Source: Candidatus Moraniibacteriota bacterium (lineage in GTDB: Bacteria; Patescibacteriota; Minisyncoccia; Moranbacterales; UBA1568). From it: 64,000 nucleotides of DNA. A program made the translations under genes and the position numbers. Shown here piece by piece: positions 19,162 through 26,729 of the stretch. Numbering within the stretch: the first letter of the stretch is position 1; the number at the start of each line of letters is the position of its first letter. The stretch lies in the NCBI GenBank assembly GCA_963778555.1, contig CAVZUR010000003.1, positions 117,704-181,703 of the forward strand, written 5' to 3'. The notes under the pieces are model-generated. The model saw only the letters and a list, made by a program, of their open reading frames with translations, ran no database searches and was not told where the DNA came from.

Positions 19162-20740
19162 ACAATGGCGTTTGTGATGACTGATGATACTCAAAATGGA
19201 GTCCATGCTGCGTCTTTTCCCAATAGTGCGGTTTGAAAATGAGTTGGAAGAGCGCCTTCCAGGCGGCAAAACTCATTAGGAGCCAGTACCCGGGGATGAG
19301 GGCGACATATTTCACCAAATCATACTGCCCGCGGCGGAGCGAACCGAGCACGTGGTAATACAGGTAGAGGAAGTTGCCGAACGCGAGCGTGAATATGCCA
19401 AGATAGAGGATAGTGGGCGGATACAAGGATTCGATCGTGGGACCGACTACTGGACGGAGGACCACATAACTGATTGTCAGGAGCCAAAAGAACGGATTCA
19501 CGAACAAGACAAACGCCTTGCCACCAACAACGAGTTGAAACGCGAGGAAAGAACGAAGACCAGAATGAGCGATGAATTCTCCAGGTCGTCGCATGTGTAC
19601 AAAATAAGTCTGCATATAACCCTTAATCCAACGCGAGCGTTGGCGTATCCAATTTCCGAGGTCACTGTTCGCCTCTTCATACGTGGTTGAATTGAAAATC
19701 GCCGTCTCGTAGCCGGACTGAGCAATCCGCACCCCAAGATCACAGTCTTCGGTCACGTTGTACATGTCCCAGCCCAAGAGCCGGCGGAGCTCACGGGTCC
19801 GGAAATGATTGGACGTCCCACCTAAAGGGATTGGGCAACGCGCCGATTGGAGTCCCGTCAGGATAAGGTCGAACCAGAGCGCGTATTCCATGGCAAAAAG
19901 TCGGGTGAGAAGATTCTGCCGGATATTGTAAAAATCAAGTTTCGCTTGCGCGCAGACGATGGGACGGTTCGTTGTTTTCTGGAAGACCAAATAGGCCTTC
20001 TTCAACTGATCCGGCTCCGGAATATCCTCGGCATCGTAAATGACGGCATACTCTCCGCGCGCATGAGAAAGACCGAAATTACAGGCCTTTGGTTTGGTTT
20101 TCGGCTGACTGTCGGGAACAATGATCTTCCGGAAGTGTTTCGGCAGATTGAGCGCCGTAATACGCGCGATAGTCTCAGCATCATCCTCTTCAAGGAGCAA
20201 CAAGACATCAAGCTTCTCCTTCGGCCACTCTAGCCGTTCGATCGCTTCAATGAATTGCGGCATCACCCCTCCCTCTCGATAGAGGGGGCAGAAAATCGTA
20301 TATCCAGGGAGGTCTGCATCCCTAAGTCTCGCGACATCTGATGCACTCACGACGATTTCATGATCATCCATGAAGCTCCGGACGACGAGGAAGAGCGTGA
20401 ATAGGAGGTGCAGCACATATAGAAAGGTAATGCTCGTAATGAGAAGGAGCAATGACGCATGCCAATCCACTGAGAGTGCCCACTCGAACAACAAGAAGAT
20501 AATGAAGAGGAAAAACGTCTGCGGGCGGTCCAAAGTGTTGAGAGCGCTTTCTCTTTCCGGAAGCTGCGGGTAGCTGAATGCAGCCGATGGCCTCTCAGCC
20601 ATACTGGGTTCGACCCTTAAAAGGCATCGATTCTCCGGCGGCCAAAACGAAGGCGTACGGTCCGCCCACGGATGGACTTCTTCCTCTACCGCTTTTCTAT
20701 TTACAGCCGTTGTTCTCGTTCCAGGGATGGAATCAGTCAT
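19142..20740 (-). CDS. family 2 glycosyltransferase, processive cellulose-synthase/PgaC-like (D,D,D,QxxRW)
   Basis: It has the motifs DAEDIP and IRQRSRW (QxxRW) and flanking TM helices. Confidence 0.75.
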   Translation of the reverse strand: MTDSIPGTRTTAVNRKAVEEEVHPWADRTPSFWPPENRCLLRVEPSMAERPSAAFSYPQLPERESALNTLDRPQTFFLFIIFLLFEWALSVDWHASLLLLITSITFLYVLHLLFTLFLVVRSFMDDHEIVVSASDVARLRDADLPGYTIFCPLYREGGVMPQFIEAIERLEWPKEKLDVLLLLEEDDAETIARITALNLPKHFRKIIVPDSQPKTKPKACNFGLSHARGEYAVIYDAEDIPEPDQLKKAYLVFQKTTNRPIVCAQAKLDFYNIRQNLLTRLFAMEYALWFDLILTGLQSARCPIPLGGTSNHFRTRELRRLLGWDMYNVTEDCDLGVRIAQSGYETAIFNSTTYEEANSDLGNWIRQRSRWIKGYMQTYFVHMRRPGEFIAHSGLRSFLAFQLVVGGKAFVLFVNPFFWLLTISYVVLRPVVGPTIESLYPPTILYLGIFTLAFGNFLYLYYHVLGSLRRGQYDLVKYVALIPGYWLLMSFAAWKALFQLIFKPHYWEKTQHGLHFEYHQSSQTPLYESLAK

Positions 20741-20868
20741 ACAGAATTTGCTCGGTCAATCAATCCACCCCCCACTGACACTTTTTTCTAATATGCCGTT
20801 ATAGCAGACATTCTGAGAAATAGCAATGAACACCCACCGCTCGTGAGCCTTTCTAAATGCTTGAAGAA

Positions 20869-21570
20869 TCAAACCGGCTTTGATGTCAGAAGGGGACCGC
20901 GACGATTGACGGTATGCCGCTTGTCGAACTCGACAGCGAGACGAAAGAATATGACAGTGATACCGACAACGGAGAAGAGAAGACGGGTCGGCGGGAGCGT
21001 ATCGAGTGCTTGGAGATACTGCCCCCAGTATTCCGGCCGCGCATCCGCACCGATCGGGTTGCTCTCGTTCATGGCAGCACGGAGAACAAGAAGAAAGAAG
21101 GCGAGATAGCCGAGCCGGAGTAGATTGCGCCAGCGTATGGGACCAATGGCGATCATCGCAGCATCATTCGAGATAAGTGCCATCCCAGTAAAGATCGCCA
21201 TCGCTGATAGCCCGAGCAATATATCGCTCGTCCAGAAAAACTCGGGGAGCCCATAGCCATAACGCTCTGGTCGGAGCACCGGGAGAAGCAGCATATAGAT
21301 GAGCGCCGAAAAATAGCCGAGAAGACCGAGATACTTTCGGTAGACGACCTTGCTATCGAGGAAATTGAAGAAGTAACCGAAGGACGACAATGAGAGCGAC
21401 AGTGCAAAGAGAACATTCGCCATCCCCGCCATCACTTTGGCAAAGGAGATCAGGGTAAACGGCCCATCGAGTATCGAGACATAGACCACAAAGAAAGCGC
21501 CAACTGCCACAGCGAAGAGCAGCGAGTGACCCCAAAGTTTTTTCGTAAGAGCAGCGCGCGTGTTGTCCAT
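20869..21570 (-). CDS. hypothetical integral membrane protein
   Basis: A 233-aa ORF with about 6 TM helices. Confidence 0.45.
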   Translation of the reverse strand: MDNTRAALTKKLWGHSLLFAVAVGAFFVVYVSILDGPFTLISFAKVMAGMANVLFALSLSLSSFGYFFNFLDSKVVYRKYLGLLGYFSALIYMLLLPVLRPERYGYGLPEFFWTSDILLGLSAMAIFTGMALISNDAAMIAIGPIRWRNLLRLGYLAFFLLVLRAAMNESNPIGADARPEYWGQYLQALDTLPPTRLLFSVVGITVIFFRLAVEFDKRHTVNRRGPLLTSKPV

Positions 21571-21681
21571 AGAGAAAGCATCTGTTTTTAGTATATATCG
21601 AAATCTCTATGCGTGACTTCTGGAAAGCGAAGGGCCGTTTGAAACACCTATGGAGCATTCCCCGTGCTAACGATAGTATGT

Positions 21682-22500
21682 CTACAACACTCCTTCTTTC
21701 CTGACCCAACTCGTATTGTTGCGGACGAAAACCTCTCGTCGAGCAATAAAGAAATCTCGCCGTTTGGGATGGGCTGCATAGCGCTCGATATGCAGCGTGC
21801 GCGATGTAGCTCGAATTATATTAAACGAATTTCCTTCCTTGCGGGTACGTGTTGATATCGCCGTACCAGCCTGGATGAGGAGTGGCCCCGCCGAGGACAA
21901 CTTGTAGGCGCGGTCACGATACCGCTCCAAGGTGTCATGAAGATGGCCAGAAAGAAAAAGGTCAACACCCATCTCATGGAGATCTTTCCAAAACCTCCGC
22001 GCTTGTGAGAGCGGGCGCTTATAATGTCCCATGGGGATATTGAACGGATGATGGGAAACAATGATTTTTATTTTTTCCGGGGGAATACTCATCAACACCC
22101 TCCGCGCTCGTTCAATCTGCTTGGCATTGACCCTACCTTCCTTCAATTTAAATATCCGGACGGTATTGATCCCGACAACGAGCATCTCATCATCCTGGTA
22201 GAGCGGCTCGAGATCATCCGAGATATGTTGGCGGTATTTCGCGTACGGCCGCGTAAAACGTGTCCAAAATGAATATAACGGGACATCGTGATTTCCTGGC
22301 ACGATGAGCATCGGATAGGGGAGTGATTGAAAGAATTTCTTCGCCTCCATGAACTGGGCCTGGGTGGCCCGCTGCGTCAGATCACCAGAAATGATGATGA
22401 GGTCAGGATGCTGATTAATGATGATTTTCTTCAGCGCATGCTCAAGTGCGGTCTCGGTCCGACCAAAATGAAGGTCGGAGATATGGACAATAGTGCGCAT
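21682..22500 (-). CDS. metallophosphoesterase (calcineurin-like phosphoesterase)
   Basis: The protein begins MRTIVHISDLHFG and also contains GDLTQ, PGNHD and SHHP. Confidence 0.8.
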   Translation of the reverse strand: MRTIVHISDLHFGRTETALEHALKKIIINQHPDLIIISGDLTQRATQAQFMEAKKFFQSLPYPMLIVPGNHDVPLYSFWTRFTRPYAKYRQHISDDLEPLYQDDEMLVVGINTVRIFKLKEGRVNAKQIERARRVLMSIPPEKIKIIVSHHPFNIPMGHYKRPLSQARRFWKDLHEMGVDLFLSGHLHDTLERYRDRAYKLSSAGPLLIQAGTAISTRTRKEGNSFNIIRATSRTLHIERYAAHPKRRDFFIARREVFVRNNTSWVRKEGVL

Positions 22501-22638
22501 AAACTATTTCTGACAAAGTCTCGTCCGATACATAGACTGTAGCATGGGCAAAAAAGAGGTCTCTCGGACCTTTTGCTCTCGCAGTTATCTCTCATCAGTC
22601 AGACTTTCCCGTTCCCCTCTCATCACCTCCTAAGTAAT

Positions 22639-22661
22639 CAAAAACTCCCGCGAGGGGAGTC
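22639..22661 (-). terminator. intrinsic terminator downstream of the minus-strand tRNA cluster (hairpin ACTCCCC-TCGC-GGGAGT followed by TTTTT on the minus strand)
   Basis: I saw a stem-loop followed by a T-tract in the reverse complement. Confidence 0.5.
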
Positions 22662-22671
22662 TTGATTGCCA

Positions 22672-22689
22672 GTGAGCGGGTAACGGGAG
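22672..22689 (-). repeat. 18-nt direct duplicate of the tRNA-Gly 3' end (GTGAGCGGGTAACGGGAG; original at 22868-22885), possible integration scar or att remnant
   Basis: An exact repeat about 180 bp downstream of the tRNA 3' end. Confidence 0.75.
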
Positions 22690-22870
22690 AATCTCACTCG
22701 CTTCGCTCTTTGAGAACCCCTCGGTTCTCAACGCTCCCATTCGACTTTTCTCATGGTCACTACTCTCCGCCACAGGAAAACTCCCGTTTTCCCGACCCCT
22801 TTCCCGTTCTCCTCCCGTTCCCCAGAAAAAACCAAAAGACCCAGGGGATCTGGATCTTTTGGTTCTTGTG

Positions 22871-22942
22871 AGCGGGTAACGGGAGTCGAACCCGTATCTT
22901 GACCTTGGCAAGGTCACATAATAGCCGCTATACGATACCCGC
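22871..22942 (-). tRNA. tRNA-Gly(GCC)
   Basis: The reverse complement folds with acceptor GCGGGTA/TACCCGC, anticodon loop TTGCCAA and discriminator U. Confidence 0.85.
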
Positions 22943-22965
22943 GGATCTGATTTTCAACTTGCCTG

Positions 22966-23038
22966 TGGGTCCGGATGGACTCGAACCATCGACCAAGCGG
23001 TTATGAGCCGCCTGCTCTAACCGCTGAGCTACGGACCC
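22966..23038 (-). tRNA. tRNA-Met(CAT), elongator type (G1:C72); the tRNA-Ile2(lysidine) alternative cannot be excluded
   Basis: The reverse complement folds with acceptor GGGTCCG/CGGACCC and anticodon loop CTCATAA. Confidence 0.8.
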
Positions 23039-23067
23039 GAGAGAGGCGCGATAGGGCGAAAACCCTG

Positions 23068-23139
23068 TGCCGGGGGGCAGAATTGAACTGCCGACGCAAG
23101 GATTTTCAGTCCTTCGCTCTACCACTGAGCTACCCCGGC
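23068..23139 (-). tRNA. tRNA-Phe(GAA)
   Basis: The reverse complement folds with acceptor GCCGGGG/CCCCGGC, anticodon loop CTGAAAA and discriminator A. Confidence 0.85.
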
Positions 23140-23294
23140 GAAACATCTCCCATTATCCCGGACTGGCTGAAAAAAGCAACCTTCAGACGGTTCCGGGGAC
23201 CACGCAGCGGTGGGTAGTGAAGCACACCTATCTAACTGTCAACAAATAGGGAACTTTTGACTCTCTCTACTTGCCCCGAACCAAAATGGAACCG

Positions 23295-23368
23295 TGGACG
23301 ATGCTGGACTCGAACCCGCGACCCTCTCGGTGTAAACGAGATGCTCTAACCAACTGAGCTAATCGTCC
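23295..23368 (-). tRNA. tRNA-Val(TAC)
   Basis: The reverse complement folds with acceptor GGACGAT/ATCGTCC and anticodon loop TTTACAC. There is one G-A mismatch in the T stem. Confidence 0.8.
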
Positions 23369-23466
23369 GGGCGCTCTATGACGAGACCAAACTACCCCCG
23401 ACTGTTCCATGGTACCTAGGTCGCTATAAAAAAGAAAGCTGGCTCAAGACCAGCTTCATTCCTTTG

Positions 23467-23550
23467 TGCCCAAGAGAGGACTCGAACCTCCAATCCCTTG
23501 CGGGAACTAGCACCTCAAGCTAGCGCGTATACCAATTCCGCCACCTGGGC
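23467..23550 (-). tRNA. tRNA-Leu(GAG), class II
   Basis: The reverse complement folds with acceptor GCCCAGG/CTTGGGC, anticodon loop TTGAGGT and a long variable arm. Confidence 0.85.
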
Positions 23551-23573
23551 ATCTCCGACGCGAGAACCGAAAC

Positions 23574-24044
23574 TTACTCCTTCTCGGTCTTCGCTTCTGC
23601 CTTGGCTTCCTCAGCCTTGACCTTCGCCGCTGCCTTCACTTCCTTCACGATGTCTTTCACATCAACGCCCGACTTGCCGATTTCAAATGGCACTTCCTTC
23701 AGTTTCTTACCGATAACTCGGGCCGACTTGGTGCGGACGAAATACAGTTTACCACGCCGAGCCTTGGTCCGCTTCATGATTTCAATGGACTCCACCTGTG
23801 CGGCCAAAAGAGGAAATACAATCTCTACGCCGATACCTGATGACACCTTGCGTACCGTCACCATCGGACTTGAGCTCTGTCCACCCTTGATCGCAATAAC
23901 CATACCCTGAAACATCTGGATGCGGGTTTTTTCGCCTTCTTTGATCTTGCGGCGAACTTTCACCACGTCTCCCGCCTGAAGAGCTGGCAGATCAGTACGG
24001 ACGGCACGGAGAGTTTTATTGAATTCAACGAGTTTCTGGTGCAT
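23574..24044 (-). CDS. rplS: 50S ribosomal protein L19 with Lys/Ala/Glu-rich C-terminal tail
   Basis: GDVVKVRRKIKEGEKTRIQMFQGMVIA...VRKVSSGIGVE matches L19. The tail is AAAKVKAEEAKAEAKTEKE. Confidence 0.85.
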   Translation of the reverse strand: MHQKLVEFNKTLRAVRTDLPALQAGDVVKVRRKIKEGEKTRIQMFQGMVIAIKGGQSSSPMVTVRKVSSGIGVEIVFPLLAAQVESIEIMKRTKARRGKLYFVRTKSARVIGKKLKEVPFEIGKSGVDVKDIVKEVKAAAKVKAEEAKAEAKTEKE

Positions 24045-24126
24045 AGCAGTTGGGTTCGCCTGAATTAAACCGATGTCGGAAATACGAATAAAAAGAAGCC
24101 TTCTATTACACTCAGCGAAGGCTTAC

Positions 24127-25125
24127 TCAAGCGCTCCAATCATAGCTTCTCCCCGCTTCGGAGTCAAGCATTTTCAAAGTATCGGAAAAGTATCTTGGAA
24201 GAGGCGCAGAATAGCGGTATTTTTTCCGCCCTAATTGGAAGCGGAGCTCACTGGCATGAAGCAACTGGAAGGGTGGCTGTAGTGGATCTTGGCGATGTTC
24301 CTTATAGCGGTAGAGGCGGTCCCCGACAATCGGATGGCCAATCGCCGCTAAATGGACTCGAATCTGATGGGTTCTCCCGGTTTTTGGCTTAATTGAAAGA
24401 AAATCATACCCTGTATAACGCGTGTCTAAGACGTATTCAGTCACCGCATCACGCAAAGCGCCTGCAAACTCCCTTTTCCCGGCCGGAACCGCGCGCTTCT
24501 TTTCCCCCTTTATTCGACCAATAGCTGTGTCAATGACACCCGTAGGATGACTCAGCTTCCCATAAACTAATGCTTGATAGGTCTTTTGGATCTTTCTTTC
24601 CTGAAAAAGCTTCTTTAAAGCCAAAAATGACTTATTTGTTTTAGCAATGAGGACGAGTCCTGAAGTATCCTTATCCAGTCGATGAACCATACCCGGACGG
24701 TTGGCGTCCTCACCAATCCCGATTATCTGTGGATAAGTGGTGGATATCCAGTCAGAAACGGTCTTTTGACGCGAATTCCCGGCCGAATGCATCGCAATGC
24801 CCGCTGGTTTGAACAGTACCAGAAAGGCGTCGGTTTCAAACATGACCTTGGGGAGAGGGGAAATCACTTGCTCCATGAGCGTTTTCTTCTGTTTCTCAGA
24901 AACTCCCTTGAGATGCACCCTCATTCCTGGTTTCAGACGCAGCCCTGCTCGAACCAGCACTTTGCCATCAAGCGCCACGGCTCCCGATGAAATGAGTGCC
25001 TGTGCCGCTGGACGCGTCAACTCCGGCCGAGTCTCCATGAGAAAACGATCGAGCCGAGAGCCGTTATGTTTTTCCTTGACGAAGAGTATAATCAGTTGCT
25101 TCATAGTGTCTTCCTTCTTAACCAC
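24127..25125 (-). CDS. RluA-family 23S rRNA pseudouridine synthase (RluD/RluC-like) with N-terminal S4 domain
   Basis: HRLDKDTSGLVLIAK is the catalytic-Asp motif. The N-terminal region looks like an S4 RNA-binding domain. Confidence 0.85.
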   Translation of the reverse strand: MVKKEDTMKQLIILFVKEKHNGSRLDRFLMETRPELTRPAAQALISSGAVALDGKVLVRAGLRLKPGMRVHLKGVSEKQKKTLMEQVISPLPKVMFETDAFLVLFKPAGIAMHSAGNSRQKTVSDWISTTYPQIIGIGEDANRPGMVHRLDKDTSGLVLIAKTNKSFLALKKLFQERKIQKTYQALVYGKLSHPTGVIDTAIGRIKGEKKRAVPAGKREFAGALRDAVTEYVLDTRYTGYDFLSIKPKTGRTHQIRVHLAAIGHPIVGDRLYRYKEHRQDPLQPPFQLLHASELRFQLGRKKYRYSAPLPRYFSDTLKMLDSEAGRSYDWSA

Positions 25126-25409
25126 TCCTTACCTAACAGCTCGCCCTTCAAACTTGTCCCCGTGTTATACCTATCAACTAGGCTCCTAGCATGCCATCCC
25201 TGTCCGTGAGTGTCAATGCCTCTTGTACTTCATTATTCGCGATAAATACCATGGGTTGTATTAATTCTGGCTCATAACCGTCCAGGGAGGCAATTAAGGC
25301 GCGATAGACGCCCGAGTTGACACTCGCATTTGACCTCTCTATCATGGTTAGGCGTCTCCTAATTTTCGAGGTCGCGAAACACAATTTTTTACTCATTTTA
25401 TCCAACACT

Positions 25410-26057
25410 ATGGACCAACAAGAGGGGTGCTGCGGGGGTGGGTGCTGCGATCAAGCAGGGGCGGATGGTCTGGGATATTTCCCGGTCATTGGAAGCACCG
25501 TGCCGAATCTCGAATTCGATTATTATCACCAGGAGGGATTTCATCACTCGCATTTCTCCGATCACCGTGGGAAGTGGGTTATCGTATTCTTCTACCCAGG
25601 CGACTTCACTTTCATTTGTCCGACCGAGCTTCAGGAGCTGGCGGCCAGTTATGAAAAGTTAAAGGCGCTCGGAGCGGAGGTACTGTCGGTAAGTACGGAC
25701 TCCAAACATGTCCATAAAGCGTGGCATGACCAATCCGTTGCGGTAAAGAATGTGAATTTCCCTATGCTCGCTGATCCGTCCGGCGATATCTCGGATGCGT
25801 TCGGTGTGCTCATTCGCGATACTAAGAGCGAGGACTATGGACGAGCGCTGCGTGGCTCATTCATCATCGATCCGGATGGCGTACTGCAGGCCTATGAGGT
25901 CCATGCCAACAATGTCGGCCGTTCTGCTGATGAACTCCTCCGGAAGCTGGAGGCCTGTATTTTTGTCCGTGAACACGGCGGCGAGGTCTGTCCCGCCAAC
26001 TGGAAAAAAGGTGGCAAGACGTTGAAGCCAGGCATCGACCTCGTCGGAAAAATCTAA
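25410..26057 (+). CDS. typical 2-Cys peroxiredoxin (AhpC/Prx1-like) with an unusual Cys-rich N-terminal extension (CCGGGCCDQ)
   Basis: FTFICPTEL holds the peroxidatic Cys and VCPANW the resolving Cys. The N-terminus MDQQEGCCGGGCCDQAGADG is unusual. Confidence 0.8.
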   Translation: MDQQEGCCGGGCCDQAGADGLGYFPVIGSTVPNLEFDYYHQEGFHHSHFSDHRGKWVIVFFYPGDFTFICPTELQELAASYEKLKALGAEVLSVSTDSKHVHKAWHDQSVAVKNVNFPMLADPSGDISDAFGVLIRDTKSEDYGRALRGSFIIDPDGVLQAYEVHANNVGRSADELLRKLEACIFVREHGGEVCPANWKKGGKTLKPGIDLVGKI

Positions 26058-26066
26058 ACCAACCCT

Positions 26067-26648
26067 ATGCCGTATAGCGCAAAAAACTATTCACCTCTGA
26101 TCGGACTCGCTGGTTTCTCGGATACGCTTCTCACTAATCACTTCGCGCTCTACGAAGGCTACGTGAAAAACACGAACGCCCTCTCCGACAAGTTGAAGGC
26201 ACTCGCTGAAAAGGGAGAATTCGCCGCGCCAGAATTCGCTGAATTTAAACGCCGCTTCGGTTGGGAATGGAACGGGATGCGCATGCATGAACTCTATTTC
26301 GGCAACCTGTCGAAAGAAGCAGCGCCCCTCTCGAACGGAGTTCTCAAAGAAAATCTCGTTACCGCGTACGGCAGCATCGAGAATTGGGAGAAGAATTTTA
26401 TTGGCACCGGGTCAATGCGCGGAATCGGCTGGGTCGTCCTCGCACACGATGCGGAAACTGGGAAACTCTATAATGTCTGGGTGAATGAACACGATATGGG
26501 CCATCTGGTCGGTACCAAGCCCCTTTTGGTAATGGACGTCTTTGAGCATGCATTCATGATCGACTATGGTCTGAAGCGCGCTGAGTATATCGCCGCTTTC
26601 ATGAAGGCGATTGATTGGTCCGTTATCGAAACGCGTTTTGCCGCCTAG
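26067..26648 (+). CDS. Fe/Mn superoxide dismutase family protein (divergent N-terminal half)
   Basis: The C-terminal region VMDVFEHAFMIDYGLKRAEYIAAFMKAIDWSVIETRF resembles the SOD DVWEHAYY...VNW block, and candidate His ligands are retained. The N-terminus is atypical. Confidence 0.55.
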   Translation: MPYSAKNYSPLIGLAGFSDTLLTNHFALYEGYVKNTNALSDKLKALAEKGEFAAPEFAEFKRRFGWEWNGMRMHELYFGNLSKEAAPLSNGVLKENLVTAYGSIENWEKNFIGTGSMRGIGWVVLAHDAETGKLYNVWVNEHDMGHLVGTKPLLVMDVFEHAFMIDYGLKRAEYIAAFMKAIDWSVIETRFAA

Positions 26649-26729
26649 TCGCCCCTCTCGCAACCAATTCATTCTTAAATCCTTGAGCCGACGCCACTCC
26701 ACCGCGGGTCGCCGCTCGCTCCGAACCGT

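Noticed and set aside
22630-22917. 95-aa minus-strand ORF overlapping tRNA-Gly and the downstream spacer
   Set aside because: It overlaps a tRNA gene and the terminator hairpin and has an Arg/Ser/Gly-rich low-complexity translation. It is spurious.
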